In this document: piece by piece, positions 48,355 to 60,903 of the stretch
Position numbering within the stretch: position 1 is the first letter of the stretch
Layout: each line of letters opens with the position of its first letter
Source: Utricularia gibba
Taxonomy: Eukaryota; Plantae; Magnoliophyta
Length of the DNA stretch: 64,000 bases
Assembly: GCA_002189035.1 (NCBI GenBank)
Contig: CM007989.1
Span: 2,976,001 to 3,040,000 of the forward strand
Direction of reading: 5' to 3'
Notes under the pieces: generated by a model
The model's database searches: none
What the model was told of the DNA's origin: nothing
The model's input: only the letters and a program-made list of their open reading frames with translations
Program-made: the position numbers and the translations under genes

Positions 48355-49357
48355 ATGGAGGCAAATACGCCCACCGGGAGCTACTGCTGCGCCGGAGTGC
48401 AGAATTGGGAGCTTCGGCCCGGAGGAATGTTGGTCCAAAAACGCTCCGACGAAGCAGAATCATCGCCGCCGATGATTAGGGTTCGCGTCAAGTACGGAGC
48501 AATTTACATTGATGTTCACATAAGCTCACAATCAACTTTTGGTAACGGTACTCTGCAAATCTAAATAGCCAAGACTCTGCAGCATTAGGAATGTAATTGG
48601 GGGTTTCTGATTCTCAGGGGAGTTGAAAAAGCTGTTGTTTGAGCAAACGGGGCTGCACCATCAGGATCAGAAGCTGTTTTACAAGAACAAAGAGAGGGAT
48701 TCGAAGGCGTTTCTGGACACTGCAGGGGTTAAGAACAAGTCGAAGCTGATACTCATGGAGGATCCAATCAGCTTAGAAAAACGACGCATATACATGAAGA
48801 AGATAACCCATGTGAGAATGCAAGTAGACAAGCTTGCGCAACAGGTGATACATGGATTCTACACTGATCCCCATTCATCTATCAAATGCGAGCTTTCATC
48901 GCATTTTCTGATTATTTATTTGATCAGGTTTCAGAACTAGAAACTGTGATCTCCAAAGGGGGTAATGTGGCTGAAGACGATGTTGAGGAACTTACAGACT
49001 TGCTCATGATCCAGCTTCTTAATCTGGAGAATGTGTCCGCTAGTGGAGACACAGAGGTACAGAGGATAATGCAGGTGAGGTTTGAAGAGTTCGTTGAGGA
49101 TTTAGGTTTCTGCAGTATCCTGATTTCCATCCTTGCAGGTGAAGAGAGTACAGACGTGCGTTGAGGCACTAGATATGTTGAAGAACAAGATTTCTTCAGC
49201 AGCCAAAGATGCCAACGAGACTCACAGTCAAAATTTGTGCTCATATGAGATTGTGATAACCACAAAATGGGAAACTTTTGATTCTGCACCTGTTTCATTG
49301 ATGGATGCACCCTCAACTTCAACATCAGTTCCTAGTTTTACATGGGATTTGCTTTGA
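48355..49357 (+). CDS. BAG family co-chaperone (UBL + BAG, BAG1-3 type), divergent
   Basis: WELRPGGMLVQKR..IRVRVKYG..ISSQSTFGELKKLL..QDQKLFYKNKERDSKAFLD..VSELETVISKGG..QVKRVQTCVEALD..VITTKWETFD; 4 exons. Confidence 0.9.
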
Positions 49358-49688
49358 GTTGCTCCCCTGCACCATCATATTCTTTCCTGTATCTAAATTT
49401 ACCTTGCAGCTGTCCTTCAAATGTTGTACTTGTTCCACAGATCTCTCCTGGTTGTTGAATATCTGAATAACAGCATTGAGAACGCAGTGGCAACTTGCAT
49501 TTACTCTCACCTTTTCTTACAGTTCTTTGGGATTAAACTGGGTTTCATTTATTGGGGCGCCAGATGTTAAGACCGAACGAGGGAGAGGACAACTCAAGTA
49601 CACACATGTTCATAGTACAGGAAGAGGGAAGAAAAGTAGGGTACCACAGAAATATGGCTTCTACTTAACATGGCACTCATGAATTTCA

Positions 49689-51227
49689 TTAAGAATCCAC
49701 GTCCGGATTATGCCATCCCTTCGCACACGGTGGTATGCTCATGAACTCCTCAAATTCCTTCACATGAACATCACAGCATTTCCACTGAAGCAATAGAATG
49801 GATGACATCAGTTACAAACAATGGTGGTATACTATTTTATGAAGGAACGCATGTAGTCTCATGATCATGCATGATTTGCATAAGAGCGAACTTGTGATAA
49901 CGGAGAAGCCAGAGGATGTCTCAGGTACATACCCCTCTGATCCTGTCATGGAAAATAGGAGGGCCAGGATGATAACTGCATGCTGTCTCATGATTGTCCT
50001 TCTCCTTGAATGTTTTCCCACACCCTCGATTTCCACATTTCTGGGGTTGGTTTATGTCGACTATCTTCTTTGCTTGGTGTGGTTGAGCTTCATTGGCTGC
50101 TGGTTTAATAGGTTCATCAAATGAAGCAACGGTTGCTTTTGGGTTCAAATTATTGACTTGTGAACCTGGAAAACGAGAAGATGAGAAGTTCGGACAAACT
50201 GAAGCATAATGGATGTATTGACCACTGTCTACACGAACATACCATGGTCTGAGCAGAAAAATCCTTGCCGGCACCTTGCACAGCTATCTTTCGAAGAAGA
50301 AGAAGGAGATGGTTTTGAAGATGTGGAAGAAACTGGTAATATTGGAGCAGCCACTTTCTTAATGATCACCGGTTTCTCTGTAGTGTGTTTTCCTGATTTG
50401 CAGCTTTGAAGATCAATAATAATCAGTATATGCAACAGATAGATCCACAATTCCAAACAGTCATAGATTGTGTTGTTCAAACACATTGACCACAAAGCAG
50501 ACAGTGCATAAACTCGCTATCACCAGTTCTAGGTGATATAAATCTCCTTAGGAAGTGGAAACTGCACCTGGCGTTTTTAACTAGAAGCAGAGAAATGGTG
50601 GTATTCACTTAAAAATGCAGACAAAGCACAAAATCTGCAGATAATGTGGTCAGTACCCAGGAATCTCCAAAAACAAACTGAAATCGTGACTCCTTTTCTT
50701 GCAGCAGCTCCATTCTTTGATTCCATCGTGGAAAATTGGCTGAAGAATTAAGAAATCAACCGTTGATTATTGTAAGACGAAACCGGTTGTATAACTAGCA
50801 GATAATTCCTTCAAGAAAAGAGAATTAGTCTGTGAACTTACACCCTGATCAAATCCAGTAGGCGTGAGCCGGACACCAGAAAATCGGAATTGTCAGCCAG
50901 TGATCATCACAAAACGAATCAAAAGAAATTAGAAGCATATAAAACGCAGGAAGCTTAGAGAATTGCTCTATTCGAAGACAACAAATTCATTCGGTCGGTA
51001 AAACACTAAAACTCCAGAAAACCGCAACATTCTACAGACCTTCGACCAAATGGACGAAACCTAGCCGAAAGAAAACTAAACACACAATTCGGAACAGCAT
51101 AAAAACTAACAACTTAAGTCGTGCATACCGAATCATGATAGGTACAAGACCCCTCAGTATTGTCCTCATCGGAGAACATCGCTTTGCATCCGATTCTCTG
51201 GCATTGGAACTTCCCCGTTTCGCTCAT
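49689..51227 (-). CDS. RAR1: CHORD-domain HSP90 co-chaperone RAR1 (includes a 3-nt exon at 50842-50844)
   Basis: CHORD-I CQRIGC..CTYHDS[G][25 protein letters not shown]; CCCH linker [13 protein letters not shown]; [55 protein letters not shown]. Confidence 0.95.
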
Positions 51228-51523
51228 CTCCGGCGACGGTGAGAAGAGGAGTCATTAATCAGAGAAATCGTGACTATTTAAACGGGCCATAAGGACGTGG
51301 GCTTAACAAAGATTGTTTACAAGCTCAAGTCAAGTCATTATCTATTGGGCCTAGACCCAATTGAGTAGCAAACGACAGCTCAGCAGTCCAAAGTTAACAA
51401 AAATCTCCTTCGGAAGGCCTATAAACTTGGAAACCCTACGACTTCTCCCTTGCTGTTCGGTGCGTGTAACTGCCGTTTCTCATCTTATAGCAGCCGTCGT
51501 GGTTGTCGCCGCCATTACTCAAG
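51228..51523. promoter_or_regulatory. 296-bp head-to-head interval with site II motifs and a telo-box
   Basis: GGGCC/TGGGCT/TGGGCC at about 51284, 51298 and 51346; CTATAAA at about 51419; AAACCCTA at 51431-51438. Confidence 0.65.
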
Positions 51524-54500
51524 ATGCCATCGTTAGTCGCGGCGGAAACCCAGTTATCGGGTAAGAAAAAGAGCCTGAAGAACGACGAGTTTGCGAAAAT
51601 AGAGGCAAATTCTGTCGAGTTAGAAGGGAGGATCAAGAAGGAGAAAAAGTCAAAGAAAAAGGTTAAGGTGGGTTCAGAGACAGATCCAGAGGATTCTAGT
51701 TCAAAGAATAAGAAGGAAAAGAAGCGAAAGATCGTTGACATCGGGAGCGATGATTTAGAGGAAAGGAGCGAAACCAGCTCTGAAAGGGGAGAGCCGGTGA
51801 ATGATATTGGCAAGAGGATCAAAAAGATGAAGTTTGAGGAAGAAATTGAGGAGAAAGAGGAGGATCCGAATGCGGTCGTCAATTTTCGCGTATCGAAGCC
51901 TTTGAGAGAGGCGTTGAAGACGAAGGGGATTGAATCTCTTTTTCCTATTCAAGCAATGACTTTTAATAGGATTTTCGATGGCTCTGATTTGGTCGGAAGA
52001 GCACGCACTGGACAGGTTAGGGCTCCCGTTTTTTATCGAATAAAAAATCATCGTTTTTTTAAAGGCTGCATTTTTTTAATCGGCGTATCATGTTTACTGG
52101 GCATAGGGTAAAACTTTGGCTTTTGTGTTACCAATTTTGGAATCGTTGACAAATGGACCTGCAAAATCATCGAGGAAGACTGGATATGGAAGGACTCCAA
52201 GTGTTATTGTACTTTTACCCACCAGAGAACTTGCAACACAGGTGAACTTTGCTTGTTGATAGCATGCGTACAACGTTGGATGTGTTTCGTGTTTTTATGA
52301 CAATCTTCTCTTGCTATCATTATAGGTGTTCGCAGATTTTGAGGGCTATGGGGCGGCAGTGGGGTTGAACGCCTGTTGCCTATATGGAGGTGCTCCATAT
52401 CAGCCTCAACAAAACCAATTAAAAAGAGGTGTTGACATAGTAGTTGGAACACCAGGTCGCATTAAGGTGGTGTTCATGGTGCTTTTTCTTTGTCCTATTT
52501 TATGAAGGGTTTTAGCTGTGGTTATTTGAATGTGTAATTGATTTGCAGGATCACATTGAGAGAGGTAATATTGACTTGAGAACACTAAAGTTCCGTGTAC
52601 TAGATGAGGCAGATGAAATGCTGAGGATGGGGTTTGTGGAAGACGTTGAATTTATTCTAGGTACTTTTCTTCTAGAACATAATCTGTTATTTACCATCTG
52701 GATCTGAAAGATTTTTTTTTGTTGCATACGTTAATATTTCTTTTCTTATGTAGGCAAAGTGGAGGATGCTAACAATGTCCAGACACTTCTTTTCAGTGCT
52801 ACTTTGCCAGACTGGGTTAAGCATGTATGGCCTTCACCACAATTTTTAAAAGTTCTTCATGCTGTTTCCTGCTGCATGCCCTGATTAAAATATGCATGTA
52901 TGTTAGATTTCTTCCAAGTTTCTGAAATCAAATAAACAAACTGTTGACCTCGTGGGGAATGAGAAAATGAAGGCCAGTACCAGTGTACGGCACATTGTAA
53001 TCCCGTGCTCAGCTAATGCGAGACCCCAGCTGATACCTGATATTATCCGCTGCTATAGTAGGTTTGTTCTGAAATCCTTATCTGTATCACAATAGCGCCC
53101 GTCATATGATTTGATTCAATTGTTGACATGGTAATTACTATAACTGATCACCAGTGGAGGGCGAACTATCATTTTCACTGAAACTAAGGATTCTGCATCT
53201 ACCCTTGCTGGATTACTTCCTGGAGCTCGTGCCTTGCATGGAGACATACAACAGACAACACGTGAGGTGAGGGTTTTGTAACCTGAAATCATGTTATTTA
53301 TTGAATAACTTATTGCCATGATTCTTTAATATGATTGGCTTGATTCATCCTTAAGATGCAATTTTAACGTTCTAATTATGTTGCACCCAATCATATCCTT
53401 GATGCCTTAGGTCACAATATCTGGATTTAGATCTGGTAAATTTTCAACTCTGGTGGCTACAAACGTTGCTGCTCGGGGTTTAGATATTGATGACGTCCAG
53501 CTAATCATCCAGGTTTGTGCAGATGACTTATTATCAACTTGTCCTTGTTTCCATTCCACATTAATTCTTATTTCTAAATATGTACTATTCTATAGTGTGA
53601 GCCTCCTCGTGATGTGGAAGCATACATTCATAGATCTGGAAGAACCGGAAGAGCTGGTATGTGGCTGCTGTTTTTTATGTTCTGTTTGCTGAAAACATGA
53701 TATATCTGCTCACACCACGTGTCTGCTTTTCTTTTATTATTTAGGGAAAACTGGTGTTGCTGTGATGCTTTATGATCCAAGAAGGTCAAATTTCTCTAGG
53801 ATTGAACGAGAATCAGGTGTGAAGTTTGAGCACGTATCAGCTCCGCAGCCTGCTGATATAGCTAAAGCCGCTGGTGCTGAAGCCTCTGAAAAAATCAGCG
53901 AGATATCTGACAGGTACTTAATTTGATTTTGTTTGATTTTGAATATTACTTGATAAACTGAAATCAAAATAATTTTGATAACTTGTAGTGTCATTCCAAT
54001 ATTCAAATCTGCTGCCGAGGAGCTTCTGAAATCATCTGGCTTGTCTGCCACGGATCTCCTTGCCAAGGCCCTGGCAAAGGCTGCTGTGAGTTTGCATTCT
54101 AAGTTTTATATAAATGTTGATGATGCCTCGCACTAAGATATCTTGCCATGTGATCATTTGCTGCAGGATTACACCGACATCAAGTCTAGATCACTTCTGA
54201 GTTCTATGGAGAACTATGTTACAGTTCTACTTAAATGTGGAAGGCCCATCTACTCACCATCGTAAGCCCAATGTTCATACATTTTTTTGGCTTTGATAAA
54301 GACAAGTTTTTCTGTGTAGCTTCATTTGCTAGGAAACTGTATTTCTCCATATTTATACTGCTGTGTTCGGTTTATCAGCTTCGCTTATGGTGTCCTCCGG
54401 AGGTTCCTCCCCGAGAATAAAGTAGAGTCGATAAAGGGTTTCGCCCTGACTGCTGATGGAAATGGTGCTGTCTTTGATGTGGCTTCTGAAGATCTAGACG

Positions 54501-54845
54501 ATTTCCTTGCAGGTTTGCTATGTGTTCATCATCATCATATATGTATTTACATATACGCCTCTCTCCAAGGATCTATATCTTGCAACTTGTCACTGAGACA
54601 CATAATCTAATGGTAACTGATCCATTTGTACTCCAGGCCAGGAAAGTGCTGCCTCTGTGCAGCTAGAGGTGCTCAAGTCATTGCCACCACTGCAAGAAAA
54701 AGAGCAGTCACGAGGAAGATTTGGCTACAATGGTGGAGGTGGCCGTGGTGGCTTCTCAGACCGTAGGGACGGTGGCCGGAGGTTCTCCGGTGGCAGGGGC
54801 GGCAGAGGCGGAGGTGGCCGGGGCGGAAACAACCGCAGATGGTGA
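51524..54845 (+). CDS. RH7: DEAD-box RNA helicase 7 (DDX21/Gu-like, GUCT domain, RGG tail)
   Basis: Lys/Glu-rich N-terminus, [77 protein letters not shown]-terminal RGG repeats. Confidence 0.96.
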
Positions 54846-55975
54846 ATGGCCCCGTCCCCCCTGCGCTACAATTTTGGCTTCTTCTAATGGCGCCTGAATT
54901 TGGCAGACTCTACCCTCTTTGTGCTCGTTTATTTATTTATTGTAGCAGTTCGATTTATGAAACAAGACAGATTCCTATCCATTGAAGTCCTCGTCCTTGA
55001 ATCAACTACCATTCTTGCTCTTTCTCGTACCGGAACAACCGCCCGTCCGCCACGTGTATCCTCCTTTTCCAGCAACCCGAGTGCGGTGCAGCCAGTTCGT
55101 GATGCACCCGCCCACACGTGATTCCTGCTCCACTCCCGGGGCCCCATCGTCGTGGTCACGTTCTCCCCCGGACCAGGAGCTTCCACGAAAAGCAAAATTG
55201 TCTCTTTTTATTTGTTTTTTAAAGTAGATGTTCGTTATTCCCGAACCTGGCATTCGAAATTTTCGACCGTTGGAGGTTCGTTCGGTTTGGCGAAGCCAAA
55301 TTACGAAAACACCCATGGCATGAATCCGTCAGTTGGGTGTGGGTGTGGGTGGTGTGCCGATCTCAATAAATAGGTCCCCGATAACTGGTTGGGTTGGTTT
55401 CCAATTTAATTTAATTCCCGCAGGCGAAAATATTATTCCTTGGTGGAGACAAATATTTATTACATATTGGAGAGCAGCCACCCCATTTATGATGAGCATT
55501 TCAAAATTCAAATCCATTTAATTTCTGTATCATTTCATTTACCCCTAAACCCTTATCTTACTTAGTGTTTACAAAATTATTTTATTTATGATAGTGATTG
55601 AATTAAATTTAATGGAATTACGGTTGAATCGTGAATGATTCACAGGTTTTTTTTGGTATTTTGAAACATTTGAATGAAAAAGAAGATGTTTTTTTTGAAA
55701 GATGATATGGGAGGCAGAGGACAAATAAGGGAAAGTAGCAACGAGTGAGGACCTGGGAAGAGGGTAAGCTGAGGTTCGGAGTGAGGTTCGTAATCAGGTT
55801 TGTTCTGGGATATATTAATATTGCTCCTTAAGAGATAACGGCAACATCACTCAAGTTCACGCCTTTTCTGGGAACAAATCAAAAGCATTGGCTGGTTGAA
55901 CAACGACTCCTCGGCATGATCTTCACCAACTGAGAACCCTGTTTTTGTTCAAGCATTTGGGGGCTACTTAATATA

Positions 55976-58900
55976 ATGGCTGAGAGTAAAGGCGATCTGT
56001 GGAGGCTATCAGAGAGAGTTGTGGAGGGTGTTCTTCGAGAGCATGGAGATCGGGGTCGTGAGTTTTTTGATTCTGGGAGAGTTAAAGGTAAGGGATATGT
56101 TTCCTTTTCTGTGATCTTGATCGTGAGTTTTTCGAGTGCGTTTTCACGAGTTGGGTAGGTGAGGTTTGATGGCTTTTTCTAGCTTGGGGTGAAGATGAAC
56201 AATGCTTGTATTTTCTCTGATCCCTGTGTACTGAAACAGAGGTGCCCTGTTCAATGGCTGATCTTCTGTGTGTGTGCAAGTCATTTGCTTTTCTATTAGT
56301 GAAGATCCAATCTAATGAAGCTTGGTTTTTTGTTCAGTATCAACAGCAGTTTTTTTTTTCAATTTCAGAGACAAGGAGGCATGAGGCTGCAGCTTGGCTG
56401 AGAGACATTGTTGGAGTAATTGGGGCGAAAGATCTACCGCCTGAGCCTTCTGAGGAAGAATTTAAATATGGTTTGAAGAATGGGATAATACTGTGCAAAG
56501 CACTCAATAAAATCCAGCCTGGTGCTGTTCCGAAGGTCAGTGATAGGTCCTTTTTGTGGTGTTTTCTATAGACTTCTTCATTTCTTGATGCAATTGTTTC
56601 AGGTAGTCGAAAATCCATGTGATTCCGGTCCCATTCCAGATGGAGCTGCTTTGATAGCCTATCAGCAGTTCGAGAATCTAAGAAATTTCCTTGAATCCAG
56701 TCAAGAGATTGGACTGCCTACTTTTGATGCTCCTGATCTACAGCAGGTGGGAAAGATGATCATAATTGAGTAGCAATATATATCTAAACCCATCTCTGGG
56801 TCTACGCTAACTACTGTTCTATAGGGGGAAATACGTCAAGGGTTGTCAATACAGTGTTGGCCATGAAGTCCTACCACGAATGGAAAAGGGGAGGAGCTCA
56901 AGGGGTATGGAAGGTGGGAGGAAATGTGAAGACGGATGCACCCACAAAATCTTTTGTTCGAAAGAATTCAGAGCCATTCACAAGTTTTTTATCAAGGAGT
57001 AGGCAAGAACTATCAACGAGCAATGTGAATACAAATGAGAATTCGAAGGAAATGGTATGTCATTCTTGGTGTGGTATCAACTTCTCTGTCAAGTATTCAC
57101 GTCTTGTTTATTCCTTGGTATTTCTTCCTCTTACAGACTGGTTCTTCCTTGAGTATGCTCCTTCGAGCAGTTCTCTCAGACAAGAATTCTGAAGAAATTC
57201 CGAATGTATGCTTTAAGCGTTCAATATCAGATGCATTCCATTGACCAGCCTCTGCAATGGTCATCACGACTTGATATATTTCTCTGTGTTACAGCTTGTT
57301 GAATCTTTACTACGCAAGGTCATGGAACAGCTTGAAAATCATATTGCTAATCAAACTGAAATGGTGAGTTAGTCATCAGTCTATGTGAGACTTGTTGGCA
57401 CAACTCATAGCTTTTACCTCTGCACAAAGTTTTAGATGTGGCAATTGCAACCAATATTCTGTAGAAATATGAAGTTTAACTGAGGGCTGCTTTAAATCCT
57501 GCAGAAAAAGGCCGAAAATCGCAGTCCCAGGTCTTCATCATCCTGCACACAGGTGCTTTTTTTTTTTTTTTTTTTTGCAGATACATGAAAGTTTATGCTA
57601 GGCTTTATATAACTTGTCTGACAGATGGTTAATCTTGGCAGAATAAGATCGATAGAAATGATGATGAAATTTCAAACGGAAGTTCAGGAAGTAGATTTTT
57701 GAAGCAAAAAATGCTGAAACAGCATAAAGATATCAAGGTAAAATCAAGTGAAGTGCCTTGTTTCCTTCTCATGTACTCTAGCTGATAATGGTTCGCATTA
57801 CAAGGCACTTAAGCAAACTCTGTGTAGTACGAGATCCGGCATGCAACTCATGCAAATGAAATTCCATGATGAATTTAACAAACTTGGTAAGTAGATTTAC
57901 AGTTTTCCTCATATTTTTTTTTCTTAAGTTGTTTTCACTTCTAGAAGAATTTGACGAACCCTATTCTCATGTAGGCTCCTGTCTACATGGACTAGCTCAT
58001 GCTGCATCCAATTATCATAGGGTTCTTGAAGAAAATAGGAAGTTGTATAATGAAGTTCAAGACTTGAAGGGTAATTCCTACCCTTCTTATCAGCTTGATT
58101 GTCTCTGTAAATTTCTGATGGTAATTTTAACTTTGAACCAGGAAGCATTCGAGTTTACTGTCGTGTAAGGCCATTCCTTCCAGGGCAATGCGATTATGTT
58201 ACTACAGTGGATCATATCAATGAAGGGACTATAACAATAAACACATTGGCCAAAAATGGGAAAGGGCTAAGATCCTTCAGTTTCAACAAAGTGTTTGGAG
58301 CTTCAGCAACCCAAGGCTAGGCCGTAACCACTAGGCCCTTTTCTTTTCGAATCACTTCAAGGTCTAATCCTGTTTCTATTTTCTTACAGAGGAGATATAT
58401 GCGGACACACAGCCACTAGTAAGATCCGTCCTTGATGGCTACAATGTCTGCATTTTCGCCTATGGTCAAACGGGGTCCGGTAAAACATATACAATGGTAA
58501 GAAAGTGTGTCCTGAAACATTCTGTGCCTGTCATGAAACATGTATAATATCTGTTCTTCCATCATTCAGACTGGACCAACAGACATCAAGCAGAGTAGTG
58601 AAGGGGTGAACTATAGAGCCTTAAGTGACTTGTTCCTTCTTGCTGAGCAAAGGAAGGACACATACTGTTACCAGATATCTGTTCAGATGATTGAGATATA
58701 CAACGAACAAGTCAGAGATCTTCTGCTAACTGATGGATTGAGCAAAAGATATCCTTTTCAATATGATTCATGACCAAAGTTATTTCTTTTCAGTTTCTTG
58801 TTAGTTCATTGATTGTGAGATCCTTGACTACAACACGTTAGAAATTCGAAATAGTTCTCAAACAGGATTGAATGTACCAGATGCAAGTTTGGTGCGTGTC

Positions 58901-60402
58901 TCCTCATCATCCGACGTTATTGAGCTCATGAACATCGGACTAAATAATCGTGCAGTGGGTGCAACAGCACTCAATGACCGCAGTAGCCGGTCTCACAGGT
59001 GAGTGAAGAAAGTGAAACTTCAACTTCTGAAAACAACTCCTGTGCTAATATTCTCTGTTTTTTTTTTTTTTTTGTATCCTTCCTTGTTTATACTTGCAGT
59101 TGCTTAACTGTTCATGTCCAAGGAAAAGATTTGGCTTCAGGAGGTGTTCTTCGGGGATGTATGCATTTAGTTGATTTAGCTGGAAGCGAGAGAGTTGACA
59201 AATCTGAAGTGATGGGAGACAGATTAAAAGAAGCTCAGCACATCAATAAATCTTTGTCTGCTTTGGGTGACGTGATATCCTCTCTAGCTCAAAAGAACTC
59301 ACATGTTCCCTACAGGAATAGCAAATTGACACAATTGCTGCAAGATTCACTTGGTGAGTAGTTGTGATTCTACTTCAATGCTAATCTTCCCGAATGCTGG
59401 TTTTCAATGCATGTTTCTGGTTACTGTGATCAGGAGGCCAAGCAAAAACACTGATGTTCGTTCACATAAGTCCGGAGCCGGATGCCATCGGGGAAACAAT
59501 CAGCACACTTAAATTTGCTGAGCGTGTTGCAAGTGTTGAACTTGGTGCCGCACGGGTAAACAAGGATTCGGCTGATGTTAAGGCACTCAAGGAGCAGGTT
59601 CCTTAACTCCTGCTCTTTTCACCTTTTTATTATAGTACAACATGCAAACCTCGTTCACTGAACTAGCCAAGTGTTGTTTTTGCTAGATTGCTACTCTTAA
59701 AGCTGCCTTAGCAAGGAAAGATGGAGAGCGAAGCCCTGTTCATTGTAAAGCACAAACTTCCCCTTTAAGTGGATTAAGAAAGCCTATGGAAGAACTGAGC
59801 AACATAGAGGTAAAGTACCGAACTTTTTCTTTCTGCTTGACGAAAGCTGAAGCCAATGATTTGTGAACTCAGCAAGCACTTAGTCCTATCCACGGGAGCT
59901 CCCCCATGTGGTCATCTCGTCCCAGAAGCCCCTGCCAAGTTGAAAATGCCGGATGGATAGACAAGCTGATGGTCAATAAACTGGACCCCATGATTTCCTG
60001 GAGTTCAAACAATGACCACAGCATCATCTTCAAGCCAATGTACTCTTCAGACAACACTGATGATACAGTTGCTGATGCTGGAAGCAGTGATTCCTCCGTG
60101 GCAGAGTCCATGTGCCAACTCCAGTACCCAAAACTAGAGAAAGCCGCAGGCGGCCGGAAGGCGACAGACCGGCATCATGCTGCTACAGTACATGGCAATG
60201 GCTCATTCAGGTGAAACACTGGTTTCCAACAATGGCCTTAGTCAACCCTAGAATTATCTTATCTTGACAAGAGGTTTCATTGCTGATCAGGAGCATGATA
60301 CCGAGACCAGTGCAGTCGCCACCTCCTCCTCCTAAAGGCGTCGCAAGCCAAGCTTACAGTCGCCGTTCCGAGACGAAACGGATGCCCAACATTCGAAACT
60401 AG
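55976..60402 (+). CDS. Kinesin-14 with calponin-homology domain (KIN14G/I-like); apparent -1 frameshift at 56824-56828
   Basis: CH domain [25 protein letters not shown]..; motor [69 protein letters not shown]. Confidence 0.94.
58749..58836 (+). other. U12-type AT-AC intron in kinesin-14
   Basis: Donor ATATCCTTTT, branch site TCCTTGAC (58821-58828), acceptor AC; removal restores [20 protein letters not shown]. Confidence 0.92.
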
Positions 60403-60903
60403 ACATACACGACAGCGGGAAAGGAGATGGTTTTTGAGTCATCTCCTGAACTGAGCATTTAAGGTGTGCGTGTGGGCTTGTTGTGTACAGAGCATGGGTT
60501 TTTTACCAACATCTTACAGGGTGCGAGTGCACTGCAATCATCCATGTGATGTCTGCTCATTTGTAGTTTGATGCAATTTTTTTAGGGTCGTGTTTTGTAA
60601 ATTAGACAAAGACCAGGGACCTCATGCAATTTCTACGACAAAATTGGAAGAAGTTTCTGCTTTTGTCATTTATGAGTGCAACATAAAACTCGCGGTTCAC
60701 GTGGCCAATATTCCATCGGTTGGTTTGCGGCTTCTGCTCTTCACAACAAAATATATTAACTTTGATCGTTCCTGTGAACCAGTCGCCTCTGCGCGAGTCA
60801 GCCTCCGATTCTCCAGCCAGCATTACGGCAGAGTACTACTGAATGGACTGACGCAAGCATCTTTCGCTTCTCAAATCAGTGACCCATTTTCGAGAATAAC
60901 GTG

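Noticed and set aside
48355-51227. Adjacent Hsp70 co-chaperone (BAG) and Hsp90 co-chaperone (RAR1) as a functional cluster
   Set aside because: Two-gene adjacency in a very dense genome, with no shared promoter or synteny evidence, is probably coincidence.
54900-55360. GC-rich stretch with several overlapping ORFs, two G-boxes and (TGGGTG)3 after RH7
   Set aside because: No recognisable protein or splice structure; only three G3 runs; best explained as RH7 3'UTR plus kinesin upstream region.
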